Below are positions 54,724-63,008 of a DNA stretch of 64,000 nt, in pieces. This DNA is from Spirochaetia bacterium (GTDB lineage: Bacteria; Spirochaetota; Spirochaetia; SZUA-6; Bin103): the NCBI GenBank assembly GCA_965203905.1, contig CBDBDQ010000005.1, positions 2,560,001 to 2,624,000 of the forward strand, in the 5' to 3' direction. Within the stretch, counting starts at the first letter, position 1. Each line of letters opens with the position of its first letter. The notes under the pieces are model-generated. The model was not told where the DNA came from. It worked only from the letters and a program-made list of their open reading frames with translations, and searched no databases. Made by a program: the position numbers and the translations under genes.

Positions 54724-55545
54724 CGCTTGCGCGACAGCGAGTCGGACCTGCTGTTTGCCGTGCAGCGGAAGGCGGGAGGCGAGCCGGCGTGGCTGTACGT
54801 GCTGCTGGAGCACCAGTCGACGCCGGACCGGTGGCTGCGGCTGCGCCTGTTGAAGTACAGCATCCGGATCTGGGAACGGGATCGGAGGCAGCATCGGAAC
54901 GAGAAGCGACTGCGGCCGATCGTGCCGGTGGTGCTGTATCAGGGCGGGCGGCGCTGGCGATATGCGCGGGAATTCTCGGCGCTGTTTGGGGTGGAGGTGC
55001 GGGAGTGGTCGGGAGTGCCGCACTACGCGCACCTGCTGATCGACCAGACGAAGGCCGGGCAGGAAGAGTTGCGGGGCGAGTTGCACGGTCGCATCGCGCA
55101 ACTGGCGATGATGGCGGCGTACCGGGCGAGCTGGGCGCCGCTGCAGCGGCTGGTGCCGTTGCTGGAGGAGTTGGGGCAGGCGGGCAGGAACGACGACTTG
55201 GAGCAGATCGTGGTGTACATTGCGACGACGGTGCGGGAACCGGAGCGCTGGCGCAGATTCAGCGACGCCGTGAGTCGAGTGGTGCCGGGAGGAGCAGAAC
55301 TGATGAACAAGACCAAGGAGATGCTTGAGATCTACGGTGAGGTCGTGAAGGAGGAGGCTCTTCAGGCGGGGCGTCAGGAAGGTGTGCTGATCACGCAGGT
55401 TCGAACCATCGAGGGCCTGATGGGGCGAGACGTTCCCTGGTCCACCATCGAAGCGGCCACCGGAATCGATGAGACCGCGTTCCGCCGGCTCAAGCATCAG
55501 CTCGAGACCGGAGGCGACCGCACCAGCCACCCCGCTGCGACGTAG
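54724..55545 (+). mobile_element. Rpn/YhgA-like recombination-promoting nuclease (transposase_31), 5'-truncated
   Basis: SDLLF, YVLLEHQSTPD and PIVPVVLYQG motifs; the usual N-terminal region is replaced by an inverted PMK fragment. Confidence 0.85.
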
Positions 55546-55585
55546 CGGAGGATCACCTCCGCACCGCGAAGACCGTGTGCCGTAG
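55538..55585 (+). repeat. Degenerate copy of the HicB gene 3' end (53997-54044)
   Basis: cgacgtagcggaggatcacctccgcaccgcgaagaccgtgtgccgtag versus cgacgtaccggaggatcacctccgagccccgaagaccgtaagccgtag; both are followed by cgcctca (HMGR stop). Confidence 0.88.
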
Positions 55586-55589
55586 CGCC

Positions 55590-56870
55590 TCACGCCGGCT
55601 GCGTGGCGCGCCGGCTGCGCAGGAGTTGGCGGGCGGTGGCGACGTCCATGTGCTTTGCCTGCGCCAGCGCGGCGGCGATCTCGGCGATCTCGGCGCCGCG
55701 GGCGCCGGCATCGAATGCCAGACGCTCGGCGTGCAGGCGCATGTGGCCGTGCTGGATGCCCTCGGTCACCAGTGCCCGTAGCGCCGCCAGGTTCTGCGCC
55801 AGCCCGACTGCGGCCGCAATGGCTGCCAGCCGGCGGCTGTCCGGGTTGCCGAGCATGCGCAGTGCCAACCGGCTCACCGGGTGCAGGCCGACGGCGCCGC
55901 CCACGGTGCCGAGCGGCAGCGGGCACTCCAGGCGGCAGTGCAGGGCGTCGGCGGCGACGTGGTAACGGGTAAGGGGTGCGTAGCCGGCGCCGGCGGCCCA
56001 GCCGTGGGCGGCCGCCTCCACAGCGCGGGTGTCGTTGCCGGTGGCCTGGGCGAGCGCGGCGATGCCGTTCAGCACCCCCTTGTTGTGGGTGACGGCACGG
56101 TCGTGGTCGGCGGCGGCGATGGCGGCGGCGCGCACGATGCGTTGCGCCACTTCGGCGCCGGAGTAGCCGTCACGCGCCAGGCGGGCGCACGCCACCTGAC
56201 CGGTGGCGCGCACCAGAGCGCGACGGCTGGCATTGGTGACGATCGCCATCAGCAGGCGGCCGCCGGTGAGCCGTTCCAGCAGTGCCCGTGCCGCCTCGCC
56301 CGCGGTGTTGACCTTGTTCGCTCCCATGGCGTCGCGCACGTCGACGTCGATCTCCACCTTGAGCGTACCCCCGATCCGCTGCACCGCCAGCGCGCGAAAG
56401 CCGCCCCCGCGCCGCACCAGGGTGGCCACGGCGGCGTCCACCAGGGCCGCTATCTCGGCCTGGGCGCCGCGCACCGCGGTCTCCGCATCGTCCCGCGGCC
56501 GCTCGAGGAAGAGCTGGACGGTGGCGATCGGAGGGTCGGCCTCGGTGCGAATGCCGGCGCCGTCGTGGCCGTCAGCCAGCAGCCGCGCAGCGTAGCTGGC
56601 CGCCGCTACCACCGATGCCTCCTCGGTGGCGAGCGGGACTACCAGTTCCTGGCCGTCGACGCGGAAACCGGTGGCGAGCCCCAGCGGAATCGGGAATGCG
56701 CCCACCGCGTTCTCTACCAGGAGATCCGCCAGGGAGCTGGTTTCGGCATCGCCGGTGAGCCCCGGCGGGAGCTCGCTGCCCAGGGCGGCGGCAAGCGCGG
56801 CGCGTCGTTCCGCCAGCGGCAGGCGACGGAAACCGCGCGGCAGGACGATCGGAGACGTCGCCTCGTTCAC
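55590..56870 (-). CDS. mvaA: Class II HMG-CoA reductase
   Basis: ENAVG, ATEEASVVAAAS, DAMGAN, THNKG and GIQHGHMRLHA motifs. Confidence 0.93.
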   Translation of the reverse strand: MNEATSPIVLPRGFRRLPLAERRAALAAALGSELPPGLTGDAETSSLADLLVENAVGAFPIPLGLATGFRVDGQELVVPLATEEASVVAAASYAARLLADGHDGAGIRTEADPPIATVQLFLERPRDDAETAVRGAQAEIAALVDAAVATLVRRGGGFRALAVQRIGGTLKVEIDVDVRDAMGANKVNTAGEAARALLERLTGGRLLMAIVTNASRRALVRATGQVACARLARDGYSGAEVAQRIVRAAAIAAADHDRAVTHNKGVLNGIAALAQATGNDTRAVEAAAHGWAAGAGYAPLTRYHVAADALHCRLECPLPLGTVGGAVGLHPVSRLALRMLGNPDSRRLAAIAAAVGLAQNLAALRALVTEGIQHGHMRLHAERLAFDAGARGAEIAEIAAALAQAKHMDVATARQLLRSRRATQPA

Positions 56871-56986
56871 CGGATCAATTGGTCACACGAAGCCGAACGC
56901 GCCGTGGTGATCGCGGCGGGCGACGCGGCCCGGCTGGCAGTCGCCGTCGACGAAGTTGCCGTGGCCACGGAGCTGCAGCGGCAGAG

Positions 56987-58342
56987 TCAGGACGCGGCCA
57001 GCGCCGCCGCAACCGGCAAATCCCCTTCCAACGAAAGGGGTCGCGCGCGCGTTACTTCCACGGCAACGTGCGTGCCGACCAGGTCGGTCGGGCCGGCGAA
57101 GCGTACCGGAACCCGGCCCTCGGTGCGGCCGATGAGCAGCCCCGGCTTGCGGTCCTCAGCTTCCACCAGCACCTCCACCGTGCGTCCCTCCCAGCCCCGG
57201 TTGTGGCGCAGGGCGGTCTCCTGCAGCACCTCGGACAGTACCTGCAGCCGGCGCTTCTTCTCGGCCAGTGGGACGTCGTCCGGCCAGCGTGCCGCCGCCG
57301 CCCCCGGCCGCGGCGAATACATGGCGATGTAGGCCATGTCGAAGCCGAATTCCTCCATCGCCAGCCGGGTGCGCTCGAACTGTTCCTCGGTCTCACCGCA
57401 GAAGCCGACGATGATGTCCGTGAACAGGGTCGCCGCAGGCAGAATCGTGCGGATGTTTTCCACTACTGCCCGGTACTGGTCGAGACGGTGGTTGCGGTTC
57501 ATGCGGATCAGCACCTTGTCGTCGGCCGACTGCATCGGCAGGTGGATCTGCTTGGCCAGCGAGTCGTGCTCGGCAATGCGTTCCAGCACGGCCGGCGACA
57601 TGTCCGCCGGATGCGGCGAGGTGAAATACACCCACACCTTCTGCGCGGCGGCGTCGCACAGTCTCCCCACCTCCCCGAGCAGAGCGGCGAAGGTGGGTTC
57701 GGCCCCCGGCCGATCCCGTCCGTAGGAGTTCACGTTCTGGCCCAGCAGGGTGATGCTGCGGTAGCCGCGCGCGAGCAACGCCTCCACCTCGCGCAGCACG
57801 TCGGCGGCCGGCCGCGACACCTCGCGCCCGCGGGTATAGGGCACGGCGCAGAAGGTGCAGAACTTGTCGCAGCCGTTCTGGATCGGGACGTAGGCGGCGT
57901 GGTCCGACCGGTAACGCGGGGTAATCCCCCAGAACCGGTCGCCGTGGTTGAGCGTCACCGAGCGCCCCGGCTGCAGCGCGGAGTCGATCGCCGCGGGAGT
58001 GACCACTCCGGAGGTGCGGATCATCTCCGGGAGCTGCGGCAGGTCGTCGATGCGGAACACCAGGTCGAACAGGCGCAGGAACTTGGCCTCGTCTTCGGGC
58101 AGGATGCAACCGGACACGAAGGTGAGCAGCGGCCGTTGCGCCTTCCACCGGTTCCACTGGTGGATGCGGCCGTAGACGCGGTCAATTGCCTTCTGGCGCA
58201 CCGAGCATGCCACTACCCCGAGCAGGTCGGCCTGCGCCTCGGAAGGTGCCTCGGCGAAGCCGACACCCTCCAGCACCGACGCGATCCGCTCCGCGTCGGA
58301 GGTATTCATCTGGCAGCCCAGGGACAGCAGCCGGTAGGTCAT
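56987..58342 (-). CDS. miaB: tRNA-2-methylthio-N6-dimethylallyladenosine synthase
   Basis: GCQMNTSD, CSVRQKA, GCDKFCTFCAVPYTRGRE and YSPRPG motifs; TRAM domain. Confidence 0.93.
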   Translation of the reverse strand: MTYRLLSLGCQMNTSDAERIASVLEGVGFAEAPSEAQADLLGVVACSVRQKAIDRVYGRIHQWNRWKAQRPLLTFVSGCILPEDEAKFLRLFDLVFRIDDLPQLPEMIRTSGVVTPAAIDSALQPGRSVTLNHGDRFWGITPRYRSDHAAYVPIQNGCDKFCTFCAVPYTRGREVSRPAADVLREVEALLARGYRSITLLGQNVNSYGRDRPGAEPTFAALLGEVGRLCDAAAQKVWVYFTSPHPADMSPAVLERIAEHDSLAKQIHLPMQSADDKVLIRMNRNHRLDQYRAVVENIRTILPAATLFTDIIVGFCGETEEQFERTRLAMEEFGFDMAYIAMYSPRPGAAAARWPDDVPLAEKKRRLQVLSEVLQETALRHNRGWEGRTVEVLVEAEDRKPGLLIGRTEGRVPVRFAGPTDLVGTHVAVEVTRARPLSLEGDLPVAAALAAS

Positions 58343-58460
58343 CGCGACCGGTAATGTACTGCGCCGCCGCGGTTTTGGTAAGCCCGCACGGGTCGTGGCG
58401 AGCCTGGAACGAGGCCACGAATTCGGTATATTGCTGACTCGGGGCGAGGGACGAGGGACG

Positions 58461-59801
58461 ATGGCGAGCAACATCCTGGATTCGATAGACCGGCTCAAGC
58501 AGGAGCTCGACGAGTTGCGGCCGCTGCCGCCGGAGGTTACCGGCCGGGTGGAGCAGAAGCTGAGGATCGAGTCCAACTACCACTCCAATGCACTCGAGGG
58601 AAATACCCTTACGCTCGGCGAGACCCGCAGCCTGGTACTGCACGGCCTCACGGCGCGCGGCAAGCCGATGCGCGAGCACCTCGACATCGAAGGCTACGAC
58701 CGCGCGGTCAAGGAACTCTCACGGAGGGCGAGCGAAGACCAGCGGCTGAACGAGACGTTCATCCTCAATCTGCATCGGGTGCTGTTGAAGGAACCGTACG
58801 AAGTGGAAACATCCGCTCCAGACGGCAGAAACACGAGACGGCCCATCGCCATCGGCGCGTACAAGACCACGCCCAACAACATCGTGACCTCCACCGGGGA
58901 GACCTACTACTTCACGCCGCCCGAACAGGTGCCGCGGTCAATGAGCGCCCTGCTCGACTGGTACCATGCGCGAGAAGACGAGGGCGAGCATCCGATCATC
59001 ATCGCGGCAATCTTTCACTACCGCTTCGTCCGAATCCATCCGTTCGACGACGGCAACGGCCGCATGGCGCGCCTGCTGATGAACCGGATCCTGCTCGACC
59101 ACGGCTACCCCTTGGCGATCGTGCGGAGGGACGCCCGCGACCGCTACCTGCAGGAGCTGGAGCGGGCCGACCAGACCGAGGATCCCGGCCAGTTCATCGA
59201 CTACATCGCATCCTGCTGCGAATACCCGCTGAATCTCTACCTGCGCGCCGCCCGCGGCGAGTCGATCGAGGACAGCGATGAGATCGATCGCGACATAGCC
59301 CGGTTCCGGCAGGCGCTGGTGGCAGGGACGGGAGCGCACGATCAAGTGGACCTCCGGCACTACATGGCGGCGGTGGTGCTGCCGTTCCATGCCTACTGTC
59401 GTACGAAGTTTCGCGCCCTCACTGCGGACCTGTTCAGCCCGGGCGGGGATACGCCGCCACGGGTCACCGGCCGCAACGCCGACGGGCGCAACTTTCGCCT
59501 CGCTCGCGTCAGCGAAGCCGACAAGGTGCCGCAACGAGCTTCAGACGTAGCCATCGAATTCGGTTTCTCATCCGTGGATTTTCAAAATACCGATTGGACG
59601 ATCAGCACGGTCATCAAGAACACCGTGAGGAGAGGCGAGTACAACTGGGAGCTGATGATCTTCTATGTTGCGCCGGCCGCGGACGACTTCGCGATTCGGT
59701 TGGACAGCGATGATCCGGACGAGTTGAAGACGGCGTTCAACCGGCTGCTGCGAGACATGATGGGGACCATGAAGCTGTGGGATTCCCAGTCCAAGAACTG
59801 A
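58461..59801 (+). CDS. Fic family protein with a C-terminal extension
   Basis: HPFDDGNGRMAR catalytic motif; SNALEGN inhibitory motif. Confidence 0.93.
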   Translation: MASNILDSIDRLKQELDELRPLPPEVTGRVEQKLRIESNYHSNALEGNTLTLGETRSLVLHGLTARGKPMREHLDIEGYDRAVKELSRRASEDQRLNETFILNLHRVLLKEPYEVETSAPDGRNTRRPIAIGAYKTTPNNIVTSTGETYYFTPPEQVPRSMSALLDWYHAREDEGEHPIIIAAIFHYRFVRIHPFDDGNGRMARLLMNRILLDHGYPLAIVRRDARDRYLQELERADQTEDPGQFIDYIASCCEYPLNLYLRAARGESIEDSDEIDRDIARFRQALVAGTGAHDQVDLRHYMAAVVLPFHAYCRTKFRALTADLFSPGGDTPPRVTGRNADGRNFRLARVSEADKVPQRASDVAIEFGFSSVDFQNTDWTISTVIKNTVRRGEYNWELMIFYVAPAADDFAIRLDSDDPDELKTAFNRLLRDMMGTMKLWDSQSKN

Positions 59802-59842
59802 CCGCGCACCGTAATCGCAAGCCTCAGCCCGGCGGCCGAGCC

Positions 59843-61000
59843 TTACTGCGCCAGCGCCCCTTGACCGAGGCGCCGTACGAAGTCGGCGGCGGGGATTATG
59901 TCGATACCGTCCTCGGTGCGGCGGGCGCTTGGCTCCAGACAGACGACGATGCGCAGGCGTACACCGGGATGCTCCTCAAGCAGCGTGCGCAGCCCGCGCA
60001 GATGATCACGGGTGATGCGGGCACTAGCCTTTGCCTCCATAGCAACCTCCATGTCGCCGAGCACGAAGTCCACCTCGATGCCGCTCGGCAGTCGCCAGTA
60101 GGTGAGTTCGAGGTCCCACTCCTGGTACTCGATGCAGGCGGACAGCTCGTGAAAGACCCAGTTCTCGAACGCCTTCCCGTAGAGCTGCGCTCCCGGGGCC
60201 AACTCGCCGCGACGGCTCAGACGGTTCACCACCCCGACGTCGGCGAAGTAGAACTTCGGAGCACCGATCAGGCGGCGCTTGCGGCGCCGGCGGTACGCGC
60301 TCAGCCAGCGACCGAGCAAGCTGTCGACCAGGATTTCGAAGTAGGCCTTGGCGGTGGGGCTGGACACGCCGCACTCGCGTGCGATGTTGGAGAAGTTGAC
60401 CATCTCTCCATCGCTGAGCGCGGCAGCATCCAGGAACCCGGAGAACGCCGGCAGATTGCGCACCAGCCCCTCCGCCGCGACCTCTTCGCGCAGGTAATCG
60501 GCGACGTAGGCGTCGAGCAGGCGGCGCGGACGGGCGGCCTGGTAGATGCGCGGCAGGTAGCCGTGGTTCAGCATCCGATTCAGGTCGAAGGCCGTGCCCA
60601 ACTCGCCGGCGGTGAAGCCGCGCAGCTCGTAGCGCACGGCCCTTCCCCCGAGCAGATTGGCCGCGCCACGGCGCACCTTGCGGGCGCTTGAACCGCACAA
60701 TGCGAACTGAAATCCGCGATTCTCGATCAGCCAGTGCACCTCGTCGAGCAGCGCGGGCACCTTCTGAACCTCGTCGATGACGACCTGTCGTCCGGCAGGC
60801 GCGGTCGCCGATGCCAATTCCTGGCGCAGGTACTCGGGATGCTCGAGATAGCGCCGGAACACGTCGCTTTGCAGCAGATCGACCCAGTGCGCATCGGGGT
60901 AGCTCTGCCGGAGCAGCGTGCTCTTGCCAGCCTGCCGCGGCCCCCACAGAAAGAAGCTCTCGCTTCCAGCCGTCGGCAGCAGCAGGGATCTGTTGAACAT
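59843..61000 (-). CDS. AAA+ ATPase with DUF4143-type C-terminal domain
   Basis: GPRQAGKST, IDEVQK, GSSARK, KFYFAD and EVDFV motifs. Confidence 0.9.
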   Translation of the reverse strand: MFNRSLLLPTAGSESFFLWGPRQAGKSTLLRQSYPDAHWVDLLQSDVFRRYLEHPEYLRQELASATAPAGRQVVIDEVQKVPALLDEVHWLIENRGFQFALCGSSARKVRRGAANLLGGRAVRYELRGFTAGELGTAFDLNRMLNHGYLPRIYQAARPRRLLDAYVADYLREEVAAEGLVRNLPAFSGFLDAAALSDGEMVNFSNIARECGVSSPTAKAYFEILVDSLLGRWLSAYRRRRKRRLIGAPKFYFADVGVVNRLSRRGELAPGAQLYGKAFENWVFHELSACIEYQEWDLELTYWRLPSGIEVDFVLGDMEVAMEAKASARITRDHLRGLRTLLEEHPGVRLRIVVCLEPSARRTEDGIDIIPAADFVRRLGQGALAQ

Positions 61001-61053
61001 GAGATTTAATATATCATGATGATTTGAATGATTACATTAAACTCGACAGGACG

Positions 61054-61401
61054 CTACCTGATGTAGTAGCCGGACACCCGCCAGGCGTCGCGGTCCCACA
61101 TGGCGGTGACGGTCTCAACCGCCGCCTGCTTGTGGGCGTAGGCTGCGGCAAAAGCGAGCACCCAGTAGCGGCCGTCGGGAGCGCCGGGAAGGGTGTCGTG
61201 ATGCTCGGCGGCAGTCAGGGAGCGAGAGTCCAGTTCACCCATCGGACCGAGCGCGGCTCGGAGGGCCTGCGCAAGTTGATCTTCCGTCACGGCGCCGCGC
61301 ATCAGCTCGGCCGCGCTCGACCAACAAGCCGGGTAGTCGCCGGCATCGAGCAGCGCGAGCCACTCGCGTGCGGCTCCCAGCGCCTCGTCTCGCTCAGTCA
61401 T
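61054..61401 (-). CDS. DUF4019 domain protein
   Basis: WLALLDAGDY..W, LPGAPDGRY, ETVT and WRVSGYYIR motifs. Confidence 0.88.
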   Translation of the reverse strand: MTERDEALGAAREWLALLDAGDYPACWSSAAELMRGAVTEDQLAQALRAALGPMGELDSRSLTAAEHHDTLPGAPDGRYWVLAFAAAYAHKQAAVETVTAMWDRDAWRVSGYYIR

Positions 61402-61637
61402 TCGAGCCCCGGGGTCGGGCGCGCGCAGGTCATCCTCATCCCACAGCAGTGTACTCGATAACCCCGCTGTATCACGCAAGCAATGCCACGCGAGGACCCA
61501 GCGCAGATGCCGACGAAAATCTCGACTCTGGCGGTGGCCGCGGCGACCCGCGACGCATATATTGATCGTTCGTTCCAGACTGAGGGCTCCGCACGGGGCA
61601 ATCACGGACGGCCAACGCAACAGCAAGGAGCAGCCCG

Positions 61638-62174
61638 ATGCCGACTGAACAGAACAGGCTTTACCTCTACGAGGCACTCGAACTGCGTGCAGAGTACGAT
61701 GCGCGCATCAAGACCTTGCGCGACTGCCTGCCGGAGACGCGCAGGAACCGGGACCGGCTCGGCATGTACCGCAACGAGGAGCTGCAACTTCGCGCGGCCG
61801 ACGACTTCGACGTGGCCGCGGTTCAGGAGTCGTTGCGGGCGCTGGAGCACAAGCGGCGCAAGCTCAACAACGCCATCCAGCGCGCCAACTACGCGCATAC
61901 CGTGAACGCCACCGGTGAGTTGCTCGACCTGAGCGAAGCTCTGGAGGTGCGCAAGGGTATGTCCGACCGCATCGGTGAGCTGCACACCCAGAGCGTGCAA
62001 TCCGCCTACGTGCGCGTGATCTACAAGGAAGGCCGCGACATCGTGGAGCCCAACGACGCCACCTTCGCCGCCAGCATGGCGCAACTCGAGTCGGTACGGC
62101 GGGCGTTCCGTGACCTCAACCGCGCGTTGCGCGCGGCCAGCTTCACGGTCGTGGTCGACTTCACGGACGAGTAG
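61638..62174 (+). CDS. DIP1984/DUF6847 (septicolysin-like) coiled-coil protein
   Basis: AAGGAG RBS; twice-repeated L.EAL..R motif (LYEALELR, LSEALEVR); KLNNAIQRAN and LNRALRAASFT helices. Family recognised by eye. Confidence 0.72.
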   Translation: MPTEQNRLYLYEALELRAEYDARIKTLRDCLPETRRNRDRLGMYRNEELQLRAADDFDVAAVQESLRALEHKRRKLNNAIQRANYAHTVNATGELLDLSEALEVRKGMSDRIGELHTQSVQSAYVRVIYKEGRDIVEPNDATFAASMAQLESVRRAFRDLNRALRAASFTVVVDFTDE

Positions 62175-62180
62175 GACGCA

Positions 62181-62483
62181 GGGCCACTTGGTGGCGCCGG
62201 AGACCATGAAGACCGATGCAGCGGGTTCGCCTGCTGGACATGGTTTTCGGAGTAGCGGGAAGCCAGAAAAATCGAGCAGGAGACGGGGGAGTAGGTGCGA
62301 GTCTCCCGGCGACGGGAGCGTAGCCCAGTAGATTGGCGACTGCGACAGCGATGAACATAGGTTTGAAACGCCCTAGTTTCCGGTAAAGCCCGGCAGCCGG
62401 GCAGCACCTCAGCGTCACAGCGAGCACAGCCCGAAAGCGAAACAGCATCATGACTCCGAGTCTCCTGCTCTTTCTTCCTCGCG
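62181..62483 (+). ncRNA. Candidate structured ncRNA with an 8-nt periodic AGC array
   Basis: 12-bp stem 62197-62208/62239-62250 (two G-U pairs) enclosing a UUCG hairpin 62219-62236; perfect 11-bp long-range helix 62274-62284/62460-62470; GNRA hairpin 62303-62318; eight AGC units in 62382-62446. Confidence 0.65.
62382..62446 (+). repeat. Eight degenerate 8-nt units, N4-(C/A)-AGC
   Basis: ggtaaagc ccggcagc cgggcagc acctcagc gtcacagc gagcacagc ccgaaagc gaaacagc; AGC spacing 8,8,8,8,9,8,8. Confidence 0.8.
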
Positions 62484-62495
62484 CCGCGAACGGTC

Positions 62496-62978
62496 TCAAC
62501 ACGGAAGGCCGCGCGGGCTCCAGCCTTCGATCAGGGCGGTCACTTCTTCGATCGTGCGATAGCAGGCGGCACGGAACTCCGGAGTGAGGCCGAGTGCGGT
62601 CACCGTGTGCTCGAATTCGTCCTCGTCGAGGACGATCGGTCGTTCGCCGGTCCGACGGGCCACGTCCAGTTCGTAGTCGGTATAGTGCAACTCGCCGTCG
62701 ACAACTTGCGCCGGGCTGGCGATGTGGACGTAGATCTCCGAGAGGGCGCCGGCGTCGTCGTAGAGCTCCAGCAGGTTGTAGGGCCGATCGAACCAGTAGC
62801 AGGCCCGGATGTCGGCCTGTGAGGCCCAGCCGCCCTTGGGCCCGCCAACGGGGTTGCCACGCCGGGAGAACGTATGCACGCCGCGGCTGTCCACCGTTTC
62901 GACCGCGCTCGTCCACCATCGCCGACGGGTGCCATCCAGGTTGAACACGACCACGTTGACTGCATCGCCCGCTCGCAT
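62496..62978 (-). CDS. DUF402 domain protein
   Basis: YWFDRPYN, YVHIASP, YTDYELDV and VLDEDEF motifs. Confidence 0.85.
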   Translation of the reverse strand: MRAGDAVNVVVFNLDGTRRRWWTSAVETVDSRGVHTFSRRGNPVGGPKGGWASQADIRACYWFDRPYNLLELYDDAGALSEIYVHIASPAQVVDGELHYTDYELDVARRTGERPIVLDEDEFEHTVTALGLTPEFRAACYRTIEEVTALIEGWSPRGLPC

Positions 62979-63008
62979 CGCTTTGAGCCACGCTACCGCG
63001 TTGTGGTG

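Noticed and set aside
50884-55585. Integron or IS composite element
   Set aside because: No integrase, attC-like sites, terminal inverted repeats or target-site duplications could be identified.
58461-61000. Fic plus AAA ATPase as a two-gene defence system
   Set aside because: The genes are convergent, and both families commonly occur as stand-alone accessory genes.
62382-62446. CRISPR array or microsatellite
   Set aside because: Units are only 8 nt with 3-4 conserved bases; no cas genes occur in the window; variable spacers argue against slippage.
62181-62483. tmRNA, RNase P, SRP, 6S or tRNA identity for the structured region
   Set aside because: No tRNA-like ends or CCA, no GAGGAAAGUCC RNase P core, no SRP helix-8 motif, and the fold is branched rather than a 6S-type rod.
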